Origin: Prochlorococcus sp. scB243_498I20
GTDB taxonomy: Bacteria; Cyanobacteriota; Cyanobacteriia; PCC-6307; Cyanobiaceae
DNA: 64,000 bases
Reading direction: 5' to 3'
Assembly (NCBI GenBank): GCA_000635015.1
Contig: JFMR01000114.1
Coordinates: 10,164 to 74,163 of the forward strand
How positions within the stretch are numbered: the first letter of the stretch is position 1; the number at the start of each line of letters is the position of its first letter. Below, piece after piece: positions 1 through 9,183 of the stretch. The position numbers and the translations under genes are program-made. A model generated the notes under the pieces. That model was not told where the DNA came from. It was given only the letters and a program-made list of their open reading frames with translations, and searched no databases.

Positions 1-84
1 TTTTTTTAGTATTCTTTTTATTATTTCCGATGCGATTACATCTTCTCCATGACCATTGCATATAAATAATAGAGAATGAGACAG
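1..84 (-). CDS. 5' part of cyanobacterial lipid-A-disaccharide synthase-related protein (runs off window)
   Basis: Manual translation of the minus strand gives SHSLLFICNGHGEDVIASEIIKRILKK, the N-terminal NGHGED motif of this family; start codon uncertain (CTG at 84). Confidence 0.55.
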   Translation of the reverse strand, partial: MSHSLLFICNGHGEDVIASEIIKRILKK

Positions 85-126
85 CTTACTGTTAAGATCA
101 TTAAAAGACTCAATCGAATCTTTTTC

Positions 127-197
127 GGCGGCATGGCCAAGTGGTAAGGCAGAGGATTGCAAATCCTTTATCCCCAGTTCGAATCTGGGTGCCGCCT
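127..197 (+). tRNA. trnC: tRNA-Cys(GCA)
   Basis: GGCGGCA acceptor pairs with TGCCGCC; anticodon arm GAGGA-TTGCAAA-TCCTT; T-loop GTTCGAAT. Confidence 0.97.
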
Positions 198-285
198 TTT
201 TTAATTTTGAAACCAATTTTACTGTAATCCTTTCCAGAACAGTAAGTTTGGAGAATCGATTATACATCAATAAGCAAATTTCTTT

Positions 286-307
286 GACAGCAAGTAGACA
301 GCAAGTT
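286..307 (+). repeat. Tandem 11-bp repeat GACAGCAAGTA/GACAGCAAGTT (putative integrase arm sites)
   Basis: Seen directly; ~90 bp downstream of tRNA-Cys. Confidence 0.6.
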
Positions 308-392
308 TACTAGATTTTAAATAACTTAATATTAGTATCATATTTCTTTCTAATAAATCAAAATAATCAGATTTAAAAGATAATTTTTTTAA

Positions 393-1550
393 CTAGTCAT
401 TAAAGCCTTTGATTAATTGTCGGGTTGAATAAATTCCAACAAATGGAGCTGTTACTTCTTTTAGTACTCCAGTAGTTTTTCCAAAAAAACTATTTTTTAC
501 TGATATTAAATCGTCTTCTTTTAAATAAGGATTGCTTTTGGATCCTCTTTTTGCCCTTGCTGAGTAAGAAATATTTTTCTTCATTACTGTTCCACCTTTC
601 TCATACCTTATAAGAACAATTTTTCCAGAGAGAGGTTTTACCGGTCCAGTCAAATCGATAGCATCTGACAGTACAGCCTCAAGAGGAAGTTTCACAACTC
701 CAGGAGTTTCAACTCTACCAAAAATATTTACCGAGATAAATTTTGGAGAAATTCCCGATATAATCGATTTCGAGATTTGACTTTTATCGGCTTTACTTAA
801 CTTAGGAAAAAACAAACTATCTCCATCAAATATACGTATATCGTTAGTAACATCTGAATTATTCACATAAGCATTAAAATCAATAATTGCTCTTTTTTTA
901 CCTCCACCTTTTCCAAGAGGTATATCTCTTATGATTTCAATTCGAGATAAATCAGTTGAAGAAGTTATACCACCAGCTTTTCTAATAACATCAGAAATAG
1001 TAGTTAGATTTTCACTGAATCTTTTGACGACTAGATCGTTTGAAGATTTGTCATTTGATTTCAAATTTTGACCTATTTCTAATTGTTCATTATTAGTTCC
1101 TATGAATTCATCTAGTTCAGAATTATCAGATTCAACTTCACTAATAAAAGATCCTGATTGATAGGCGGGAAATTTAAGAAAACCAGGATTTCGTAACTCT
1201 CCTCTTGCTAGTACTCTAATGCTTTTAAATACTGCGATCCTTACTTTTATATCTGGATCAATAAGAAATTCGGAATATCTTTTTTCTAATAAACTTTTTA
1301 ATTCAGAAGTAGTCAGTCCTCTTACATAAGTTTCATCCAACCTTGGTAAAAATAATTCTCCTTCTTCATTAACTGGAAAAACTCCGCTTAGTTCATCCGC
1401 AGGAAAAAATCCTAGAAAAATCGAGTCTCCAGTATCAATTATGTAATCCTCTAATTCATTTCTTGACTCTAAGTACTCAATTTCTATTTGATTATTTTTG
1501 TTATTAGGCAAACTGGTATCAGCTTTAGCTATATCAAATATAAATAACAA
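393..1550 (-). CDS. Polysaccharide export protein with SLBB domains (Wza/KpsD-like)
   Basis: YIIDTGDSI...LFLPRLDETYVRGLT Poly_export motif; repeated GEL/GRV-xPG and AGG SLBB motifs. Confidence 0.85.
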   Translation of the reverse strand: MLFIFDIAKADTSLPNNKNNQIEIEYLESRNELEDYIIDTGDSIFLGFFPADELSGVFPVNEEGELFLPRLDETYVRGLTTSELKSLLEKRYSEFLIDPDIKVRIAVFKSIRVLARGELRNPGFLKFPAYQSGSFISEVESDNSELDEFIGTNNEQLEIGQNLKSNDKSSNDLVVKRFSENLTTISDVIRKAGGITSSTDLSRIEIIRDIPLGKGGGKKRAIIDFNAYVNNSDVTNDIRIFDGDSLFFPKLSKADKSQISKSIISGISPKFISVNIFGRVETPGVVKLPLEAVLSDAIDLTGPVKPLSGKIVLIRYEKGGTVMKKNISYSARAKRGSKSNPYLKEDDLISVKNSFFGKTTGVLKEVTAPFVGIYSTRQLIKGFND

Positions 1551-1889
1551 TAAAAAACATTAAATATTAAAAAAGGTTTAAATTTCTTTTTAAAAGAGGT
1601 AAATCCTATAAATGTATTTTTAGAGACTTTTTGTAAAATCAACTTTTTTAAAAACCCTATTTAAGACTAAATCATATTACTATTTTTCCAAATAAATAGA
1701 AATAGTTTTATCTTTTTCTCATTTTACTTATCTCTAGTTGAGACTTTAAACGTTTTGAACTTTTAAAAGTTAATCAGGACTAAACTTAACTCATTAATGG
1801 TTGTATATTTTCTACTTAATCTCTTGCTTTCTACAAGATAATTTTGTATGCAAGAATTATTTAACAAAGTAATAAATGTAAAATTTATG

Positions 1890-1911
1890 GTCAGCAACTA
1901 GGCAGCAAATT
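1890..1911 (+). repeat. Tandem 11-bp repeat GTCAGCAACTA/GGCAGCAAATT (putative arm sites)
   Basis: Same core, period and orientation as 286-307; ~50 bp before the degenerate tRNA-Cys copy. Confidence 0.55.
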
Positions 1912-1960
1912 GGAGATATAACTATTGTAAAGCCAGTAATAACATTCTTCACAAAAAATA

Positions 1961-1986
1961 CCCAGTTCAAGTTTAGTTACTGCCTT
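1961..1986 (+). repeat. Degenerate copy of tRNA-Cys 3' end (attR relic)
   Basis: CCCAGTTCAAGTTTAGTTACTGCCTT vs CCCAGTTCGAATCTGGGTGCCGCCTT; 7 mismatches, 6 transitions. Confidence 0.6.
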
Positions 1987-2183
1987 ATTTAATTTTTTTA
2001 CGGACTTAATTATTAAGTTTTAGAAGAACTTCAATTTCAAATAAAGTGTATAAAATTCCAATTATTGATATATATAAAATAATTTTTTTTGGAAAAATAA
2101 TATCTAAATTTAATTAATAAATAAAATTAAATGGATTTATTAATTATTTTCATCAGATTATTCATATATAAATTTGAATTATT

Positions 2184-2351
2184 TTAGTAATCATTATCTG
2201 CTACGCACATTCCTAAGCATCTAACACCATTTGATGCAGTTCTTTTGCAATGATTACATAAAATGGAATCTTTCTCTGAAGTAAGGTTAATTTTTGAATT
2301 ATTTTGGTCTTTAAAACTTGATAAATCTTGTGTTGAATCAAATAGGGTCAT
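2184..2351 (-). CDS. Small Cys-rich hypothetical protein
   Basis: CNHC...CLGMC motif at C-terminus; internal ATG at 2351 chosen as likely start. Confidence 0.65.
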   Translation of the reverse strand: MTLFDSTQDLSSFKDQNNSKINLTSEKDSILCNHCKRTASNGVRCLGMCVADNDY

Positions 2352-2982
2352 TCTTGGAATCATCACTTGAGTCGATACTAACAACAAGAGAAGCATTTGT
2401 GTTGGAAGAGGGTATATCCATAATTTTTACAGTTTCTTTAGGCTCATTAATCACTTGATTTTCTTGAGTACTCTCATCAACTGCACAAGCTTCAAGAGCC
2501 TCTCGAAGTAGTGAATCAAATGTTGCTCCAGGCAATCTATGTCTAGCAACCTCAAGAAAAGTCCTCGGTAATGATTCAGATGCAGCATCTCGTAAAGCAG
2601 GATTATTCTTTCTATGTTCTTGTTCTTCTTCGATTGATTTAATAAACCTAAGAGTGACATCTCTTTTGGTAGAGGCTTTTATCAGCGTATCGTTTTCAGG
2701 ATTACTAACGTTAGGTTCATTTTCAAGATCAAATAGTCTTTTTTCCAAACTATTTAAAACTTCATTAGCTTCTTTACTAATATGCGCTAATTGACCATCA
2801 GACAAATTAGGTAAATCAGCGACAAAAATTTTGCCATGATCCCTTAGCGTCAAAAAAGTTGGTCTTGGGCCTTGAGCCTGTCTGCCAATTGATTCAGAAT
2901 TATTACCTATTGGTCTTTTTGGAGGTGTAGGGCCAGCTGAACTACGTCTACGTGTAATTCTTTGATTATTTGCGAAGGGCAT
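2338..2982 (-). CDS. Conserved hypothetical protein (picocyanobacterial)
   Basis: 214-aa ORF with normal composition, low-complexity N-terminus and helical core, in core synteny next to purM. Confidence 0.75.
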   Translation of the reverse strand: MPFANNQRITRRRSSAGPTPPKRPIGNNSESIGRQAQGPRPTFLTLRDHGKIFVADLPNLSDGQLAHISKEANEVLNSLEKRLFDLENEPNVSNPENDTLIKASTKRDVTLRFIKSIEEEQEHRKNNPALRDAASESLPRTFLEVARHRLPGATFDSLLREALEACAVDESTQENQVINEPKETVKIMDIPSSNTNASLVVSIDSSDDSKNDPI

Positions 2983-3113
2983 TGAATAGAGGTTAAATCT
3001 TAATACTTAAACTTCCGATATAATTCGGCGGTAATTTTATTATATTACATCTAACTTTTTCATTTGGGTATAAAAAATAATTTTTAAAACTCATTTAAAA
3101 AAGATAAAAAATT

Positions 3114-4157
3114 TTAAGTTAAAATTTCTGGCAAAAATTTACTAATTATTGAATCATTTTTTCGAACTATCTTTCCAATTTCCCAACTATCTATATCATG
3201 ATCTTTACAGATACTTAATATCGCCTCCTTAAATTGTTTATCAATAATTAAACAAAAGCCCACTCCAAGATTGAAAGTATTCCAACAATCTTTTTCAGGA
3301 ATAGATCCTTTCTCTTTTAGGAATTTAAATAAAGTAGGTATTTCCCAAGAACTGGTATCTATATAAGGAATAAAATCAGGAGGTATACATCTTGGTAAAT
3401 TTTCTGGAATTCCTCCTCCAGTAATATGAGACATTGCTTTAATTTCAATATTTTCAGATAACATTTGGTTAATCACATTATTGTAAATTTTTGTAGGTTT
3501 CAATAACTCATCATAAAAATTTAAGTGAGAAACTTTTTTAAATTCTTTATCTATTTGATTATTGTTTTGAATTATTTTTCTTACTAAACTAAATCCATTA
3601 CTATGCACTCCATTACTTTTTAAAGCAATTATTAAGTCATTTTCAGATACTTTTTTACCATTAATAAGTTTATCCTCATCAACTATTCCAACACAAAATC
3701 CTGCAAGATCATACTTATTTTTTGAATAAAATCCAGGCATTTCAGCAGTTTCTCCACCGAGTAATGAACAATTATTTTCTCCGCAGCCATGTGAAATTCC
3801 CTGAACAACTTTCAATAATTGCTTTTTATCAAGTTTACCAGTAGCAATATAATCCAGAAAAAATAAAGGTCTTGCCCCACAAGTAATGATATCGTTCATA
3901 CACATAGCAACTAAATCAATACCAACCTCAAAGTGAAAGTTTTTACTTTGGGCTAATTCTAATTTTGTTCCAACACCATCAGTTCCTGAAACAAGAACTG
4001 GTTTTTTAAAACTATCGATAGGTATTCTAAACAAGCCTCCGAAACCACCAATACCCTCAATCACACTAGATGTATGAGTTCCTTCAACTGCTTGTTTAAT
4101 TTCGGAAACAAATTCTCGTCCAGCTTCGATATCAACACCTGATGTTTTGTAATCCAT
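3114..4157 (-). CDS. purM: Phosphoribosylformylglycinamidine cyclo-ligase
   Basis: MDYKTSGVDIEAG, TDGVGTK, GGETAEMPG, HSNGFSL motifs. Confidence 0.97.
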   Translation of the reverse strand: MDYKTSGVDIEAGREFVSEIKQAVEGTHTSSVIEGIGGFGGLFRIPIDSFKKPVLVSGTDGVGTKLELAQSKNFHFEVGIDLVAMCMNDIITCGARPLFFLDYIATGKLDKKQLLKVVQGISHGCGENNCSLLGGETAEMPGFYSKNKYDLAGFCVGIVDEDKLINGKKVSENDLIIALKSNGVHSNGFSLVRKIIQNNNQIDKEFKKVSHLNFYDELLKPTKIYNNVINQMLSENIEIKAMSHITGGGIPENLPRCIPPDFIPYIDTSSWEIPTLFKFLKEKGSIPEKDCWNTFNLGVGFCLIIDKQFKEAILSICKDHDIDSWEIGKIVRKNDSIISKFLPEILT

Positions 4158-4254
4158 TAAATAAAAATGATAGACTTTCCCTATATAGATATTCCTCCGA
4201 AGATTACTTTTGTCCAGTAATTATTTATCAAATAGATTTATTTTTTAAAACAAA

Positions 4255-5787
4255 GTGAAGAAAGTAATTTTAAGGAAAACTGAAGAAATAGAAAACTGGA
4301 GGAGAAATATAAAAAATGATATTAACTTCATTCCAACAATGGGTAATCTTCATAGTGGACATATAAAACTAATATCAACAGCAAAAAATGACAATTCTAA
4401 TGTTAATTTAGTAAGTATTTTTATTAATCCACTTCAATTTGATAACAATTTAGATTTAGAAAATTACCCTAAAACAATTGATAATGATATAAAAATCTCT
4501 TTTTCAAATGGCGCAGATGCCATCTTCATACCATGTAACGAAGATATATATCCACCGAATAATAAAAAAATTAAATTCCTAAAAGCTCCAATAGAGTTAT
4601 CTTCTGCATTATGTGGATTAAATCGAATTGGACATTTTGATGGCGTTTGTACAGTGGTTTATAGATTACTTAATCTCATCAAGCCAAAGAATCTTTACTT
4701 AGGAGAAAAAGATTGGCAACAACTTTTAATTTTAAAGAATCTTGTCCAAATAAAGAAATTAAATGTTGCTATTAAATCTATTCCTACACAAAGAGATTTT
4801 GATGGAGTTCCTTTAAGTTCACGTAATGTACATCTATCAAAAAACGAAAGAAAATTGATTAGGTTTTTTTCAAATGAGTTATTAGAAGCAAAAAGAAATT
4901 TTCAACAAGAAAAAAAAATCAATTTAAACGAAATAATTAAAAAGATATCAGCAAAAAAAATTTCAATTGAATATTTAGAACATTTACACCCTCATACACT
5001 CCAACAAGCAAGACTTGAGGATAATATTTCGTTACTGGCTGGTGCGATAAGATGTGGAAAGACAAGATTAATTGATCACGTTTTTCTTATGAAAAGAAGT
5101 CCGATTATTGCAATTGATGGTCCTGCAGGTTCAGGTAAAAGTACTGTAACAAAGTTAATAGCGGAGAAACTTAAACTTTTATACTTAGATACCGGAGCAA
5201 TGTATAGGGCATTGAGTTGGCTTCTTATAAAAGAAAGTATTGATTATAAAAAAGAAAAGAAATTACAGAATATTCTCAAAGATATATCTATTGTTTTTAA
5301 ATCGAATACAAATTCACATCAGGATGTTTACGTTAATAACTACTGTGTTACTGAAGAAATTAGGTCTCAAAAGATAAGTTCTATCGTTTCTAAAATTTCC
5401 TCAATAAAAGAAGTAAGAAATTTCTTAGTAAAAGAACAAAGAAAAATTGGAGAATCAGGCGGACTTGTAGCTGAGGGAAGAGATATAGGAACTACTGTTT
5501 TTCCTAATGCAGAACTTAAAATATTTTTAACTGCTAGCATCGATGAAAGAGCAAAAAGAAGAAAATCCGATAAAAATAGTAAAGACTCACAAGAAATAGA
5601 CCTTCATACCTTAAAAGAACTTATAAAGAAAAGAGATTTTGAAGATTCCAATAGGGAAATTTCACCTTTAATAAAAGCGAATGACGCAATAGAAATTATT
5701 ACGGATGGATATTCAATTAATGAGGTAGTGGATAAAATTATTGATCTTTATAATGACAAGATTCCTAAAGACACTGAGATCAAATAA
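4255..5787 (+). CDS. panC/cmk: Bifunctional pantoate-beta-alanine ligase / cytidylate kinase
   Basis: PTMGNLHSGH and LSSRN (PanC) fused to IAIDGPAGSGKST, EGRDIGT (Cmk). Confidence 0.96.
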   Translation: MKKVILRKTEEIENWRRNIKNDINFIPTMGNLHSGHIKLISTAKNDNSNVNLVSIFINPLQFDNNLDLENYPKTIDNDIKISFSNGADAIFIPCNEDIYPPNNKKIKFLKAPIELSSALCGLNRIGHFDGVCTVVYRLLNLIKPKNLYLGEKDWQQLLILKNLVQIKKLNVAIKSIPTQRDFDGVPLSSRNVHLSKNERKLIRFFSNELLEAKRNFQQEKKINLNEIIKKISAKKISIEYLEHLHPHTLQQARLEDNISLLAGAIRCGKTRLIDHVFLMKRSPIIAIDGPAGSGKSTVTKLIAEKLKLLYLDTGAMYRALSWLLIKESIDYKKEKKLQNILKDISIVFKSNTNSHQDVYVNNYCVTEEIRSQKISSIVSKISSIKEVRNFLVKEQRKIGESGGLVAEGRDIGTTVFPNAELKIFLTASIDERAKRRKSDKNSKDSQEIDLHTLKELIKKRDFEDSNREISPLIKANDAIEIITDGYSINEVVDKIIDLYNDKIPKDTEIK

Positions 5788-5789
5788 AT

Positions 5790-6263
5790 TCAAGAAATAC
5801 TTTCCAAAAAACCGTTTACAGAGTCTTCTAAAATATCAAGGACATAATCAAAGCCCTCATCACCTCCAAAATATGGGTCAGGAACTTCTGGCTCATTAAA
5901 AACTGATCTAAAATCTTGTATTTTTTTAATTGATGCTAAATCATTAGAAACTGTTCTATTTTTAAGATCTTGAATATTTCTAAAATTCGAATCGTCCATC
6001 GCAAGAATATAGTTAAATTCGTCAAAATCTTTGCTAGTTATTTGACGAGCCCTGCTTGAGATATTTATATCTCTTCTTTCTGCCGCAATTCTCATCCTAG
6101 AGTCAGCTTTTTTTCCAATATGCCAACTCCCAGTTCCAGCAGAATCTACAGTAAAGCCATCAGTTAATCCTTTCTTTTCAATTAGACTTATAAAGATAGC
6201 TTCTGCTGCAGGAGACCTGCAAATATTTCCCAAACATACAAAAAGAACAGAAATTTTTTTCAT
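5790..6263 (-). CDS. Low molecular weight protein-tyrosine phosphatase
   Basis: VCLGNICRSP P-loop and DPY motif. Confidence 0.95.
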   Translation of the reverse strand: MKKISVLFVCLGNICRSPAAEAIFISLIEKKGLTDGFTVDSAGTGSWHIGKKADSRMRIAAERRDINISSRARQITSKDFDEFNYILAMDDSNFRNIQDLKNRTVSNDLASIKKIQDFRSVFNEPEVPDPYFGGDEGFDYVLDILEDSVNGFLESIS

Positions 6264-6295
6264 ATGATTTTGAATTCCGTTAAATTATAAGACTT

Positions 6296-7057
6296 TTAAG
6301 TAGTAAATAAAACTTCTTTAATTAAAGATTCAGTAAATTCTTTACCAAACAAACTCCACAACATTGGCCTTGCTGGATCGTTATCTCTTCTATATTTCAA
6401 ATAATGATTTTGACCATTTATTAATTCTTTTTGCATTTCCATATTGGCTTCTTTGCTTTCAAAAAGAATTTCCAAATACAAATCAAGATATTCCTTAAAT
6501 GAGGTATAAAGTTGATTAGCAATTAAAAAATCACTTCTTTCTTCTTTTGGTAATTTTGACCAGATTACTCCTGGAGAAAAAAATCTAGCTACATCTGCAG
6601 ACATTTTTTCAGCTAATGGGAGTGATGAATGACAATTATTTTTGAGTTTTATAAGTTTTTTTAATAACTCATTACTGTATTGTTTTTGTATTTTTAATGA
6701 AGGCTGAAAATCTAATACTAATAAATGACTATTAGGTAGAGAAACAAAATCTACTCCAAAAAATGGGACGTTATAAAAAGTATTAGGAATAATTAAAAAA
6801 TTTAAAACAGAATAATTTGAGCTATTTATGCACACTGCTCTTGCGAAGTGAATTCTTTTTTTATGAGTTACACCCCAAGTAGAGAGACTAACCTTTTTTG
6901 TTGATTTTTTTGAACCATAAGTTGAATCTCTATAAGCATATTCTGAGGGTATTGTTTTTTCTAAACAGTTATATTTACTTAAATTATTTGTTAAATATTT
7001 TAAAAAATTATGCCATCTCCAATCTGGCCTGAAAAAAATAGAATCTTGTATTAACAT
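6296..7057 (-). CDS. pebB: Phycoerythrobilin:ferredoxin oxidoreductase
   Basis: Ferredoxin-dependent bilin reductase motifs ([17 protein letters not shown]); third gene of ho1-pebA-pebB. Confidence 0.9.
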   Translation of the reverse strand: MLIQDSIFFRPDWRWHNFLKYLTNNLSKYNCLEKTIPSEYAYRDSTYGSKKSTKKVSLSTWGVTHKKRIHFARAVCINSSNYSVLNFLIIPNTFYNVPFFGVDFVSLPNSHLLVLDFQPSLKIQKQYSNELLKKLIKLKNNCHSSLPLAEKMSADVARFFSPGVIWSKLPKEERSDFLIANQLYTSFKEYLDLYLEILFESKEANMEMQKELINGQNHYLKYRRDNDPARPMLWSLFGKEFTESLIKEVLFTT

Positions 7058-7768
7058 TCAATGAATAATCTCATTATTTAATGTAAATAGAAATTTATCG
7101 ACAAATTTTTTTGTCCATTTTTCTCCAAAAAAAGATTTAAACAATTTATCTGCAGGGTCTTTTTCATAACTGTATTTATCATATTTAATTTGATTAATCT
7201 TTATTTCATCTTCATTTAAAAATTGATTAACAGGATTCGATTTATAAATGTTCAAATAATTATTTACAAATGAATGGAATATATTATTTAAATCTCTATC
7301 AAGATTTAATTTATTTCCTCTACATATAATCACCCATGGGGAAAAATACTTTTTTGAATCATATATATTCTTCATTTTATTATTATCAAATGCAGAATAT
7401 TTTTTCTTAATAATACCTAAACTTGAACAATATTTTTCAAGATATTTGCTTTCTTGAATTAAAGGTTGATAATCAAGAATTGCTAATAACTTTTGAGAAG
7501 TTCCAAACCATAAAATATCAGCTCCTAATATAGGCACCTCACTATCAAAATTAGGATATGCGACCGTATTTAACACTTGCAGTTTTTTGCCACCATCTAA
7601 TCTTGTTATCCGCCACTTTCTATATTCGGGAGATGCAAAAAGCCAATTTTTTATAATATATTTTGAATCTTCATTATGATGTTCTTTGAATTCACTAGAT
7701 ATTTGTACTTCATGTCCATTTAATTCATCAATATTTGTTTTAAGGAAAGCAACTAATGAATCAAACAT
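7058..7768 (-). CDS. pebA: 15,16-dihydrobiliverdin:ferredoxin oxidoreductase
   Basis: [32 protein letters not shown] motifs; between ho1 and pebB. Confidence 0.9.
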   Translation of the reverse strand: MFDSLVAFLKTNIDELNGHEVQISSEFKEHHNEDSKYIIKNWLFASPEYRKWRITRLDGGKKLQVLNTVAYPNFDSEVPILGADILWFGTSQKLLAILDYQPLIQESKYLEKYCSSLGIIKKKYSAFDNNKMKNIYDSKKYFSPWVIICRGNKLNLDRDLNNIFHSFVNNYLNIYKSNPVNQFLNEDEIKINQIKYDKYSYEKDPADKLFKSFFGEKWTKKFVDKFLFTLNNEIIH

Positions 7769-7773
7769 AAATA

Positions 7774-8484
7774 TTAGGTCTCGGTGCTTCCTTTCCTAAC
7801 TTTTTTTGTAATGTAATTGAATACAATCTTGCCTAAAACAGCAATCAAGTTACCTTCAAGCTCCTTAAACATTTTCATATTGTAAGTAAAAGCTTGATTA
7901 GCTTCATCAATAATTTGATCAGCAGTCTTTTGATTTATTGGAAGTTGATTCAAAGTAAGGGAATATTCTTCCTTAAATTTCTTTTCGTCAGCAATAAATT
8001 CAAACTCATAAAAATTTAAACCATCATTTCCCTCCAAGTTTAATGCTTTTTTTGCGATCCTTTTCAAGATTTGCCCCCCAGATAAATCTCCTATATAGCG
8101 AGTGTAATGGTGACCAACTAAGAGCTCTGGTGAATTTTTTGCGACATCTCGGATTCTTTCAACATATTCTTTTGCTGAGTGAGAAATATTAATTTCATTC
8201 TTCCAGTTTTCACCAAAATAAAATTTAAGATCATTTACAAGAGATTCTTTCCTAAATAATGATTTAAAACCTATAGGTTTTATAACGGGATGTTCCTCAT
8301 TGACCAGTCTTTCAATTTCTTCTTCCATAGCTTCATAAACAAAATATAAATCACTAATTAATTTTCTATAAGATTTTTTTTCAACAACTCCTTTTAAAAA
8401 ACAAGCCACAAAGCCAGTATTTTCTGCCATAGTATGGGATTTTTTTGTCCCTTCTCTTAATTGTCCTGCAAGAGCAACTGCCAT
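7774..8484 (-). CDS. ho1: Heme oxygenase (biliverdin-producing)
   Basis: [29 protein letters not shown]. Confidence 0.97.
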   Translation of the reverse strand: MAVALAGQLREGTKKSHTMAENTGFVACFLKGVVEKKSYRKLISDLYFVYEAMEEEIERLVNEEHPVIKPIGFKSLFRKESLVNDLKFYFGENWKNEINISHSAKEYVERIRDVAKNSPELLVGHHYTRYIGDLSGGQILKRIAKKALNLEGNDGLNFYEFEFIADEKKFKEEYSLTLNQLPINQKTADQIIDEANQAFTYNMKMFKELEGNLIAVLGKIVFNYITKKVRKGSTET

Positions 8485-8541
8485 ATATTTTGTATAATTT
8501 TTGTAAGTGTATTTAATCTACAAGGAAAATACATAAAACAG

Positions 8542-8973
8542 CTAATTTTTGTTACCAGCGGATGTTGTAGAGAATAGCTTATAAAGTTCTTTACAAACCA
8601 AAAAAAGGTTATCTTTTTGTTCCTTTTGCGGTAGATGAGTACCAGTCATTTCCCAATCACCGATGGTAGCCACTCTCCATCTCTCGGAGGGAACAATCAT
8701 ACCTCTCATTATTATTCCCAACAATTTCGGAACTCTGCGATTATTGTCATTGTCAATTCTTAATTGTAGAAGTATTGCTCTACATTCAATAAGAGGACTC
8801 CAACCAGGGAAATGGAAGGCAAAATCAATAGTATCTTGCATGGATTCATTATTTGAATTGTCCCAGGGACTAAAGTTTACGCTTGCATCTGGAAAATATT
8901 TCCGAAACAAAGCTGCAGTGGAAGCAATCTTATTAGCTATTTCAACATTACTTACATTTGAACTCGCATTCAT
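8542..8973 (-). CDS. Conserved hypothetical protein
   Basis: Protein-like ORF filling the ho1-icd gap; start at internal ATG (MNASS). Confidence 0.7.
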   Translation of the reverse strand: MNASSNVSNVEIANKIASTAALFRKYFPDASVNFSPWDNSNNESMQDTIDFAFHFPGWSPLIECRAILLQLRIDNDNNRRVPKLLGIIMRGMIVPSERWRVATIGDWEMTGTHLPQKEQKDNLFLVCKELYKLFSTTSAGNKN

Positions 8974-9183
8974 AAGTAGCTGAGTATTTTTTTGAAAATG
9001 ACACAATTTGCTTTAACTTGCTTATTAACTACTTTTTCTTTTAATAAAGATGTTGAAATGCTGATTAATAAACTATTCTCTGTTCACATTTGAATAATAA
9101 ATTTCTAGGTTTTAAAGAAAATAACTCATCGCAAATTACAATACGAGGAACTTCAATGAGTTATCTTTTATTAATTCAATGCT

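Larger units (their letters stand above)
173..1986. mobile_element. Decayed integrative-element relic at tRNA-Cys
   Basis: tRNA 3' end 173-198 recurs degenerate at 1961-1986 (19/26 identical); paired CAGCAA-core 11-bp repeats at 286-307 and 1890-1911; no integrase left. Confidence 0.6.

Noticed and set aside
4255-5787. panC-cmk gene fusion
   Set aside because: Well-known cyanobacterial feature
6296-8484. Phycoerythrobilin synthesis operon in a lineage without phycobilisomes
   Set aside because: Known retained core operon in Prochlorococcus
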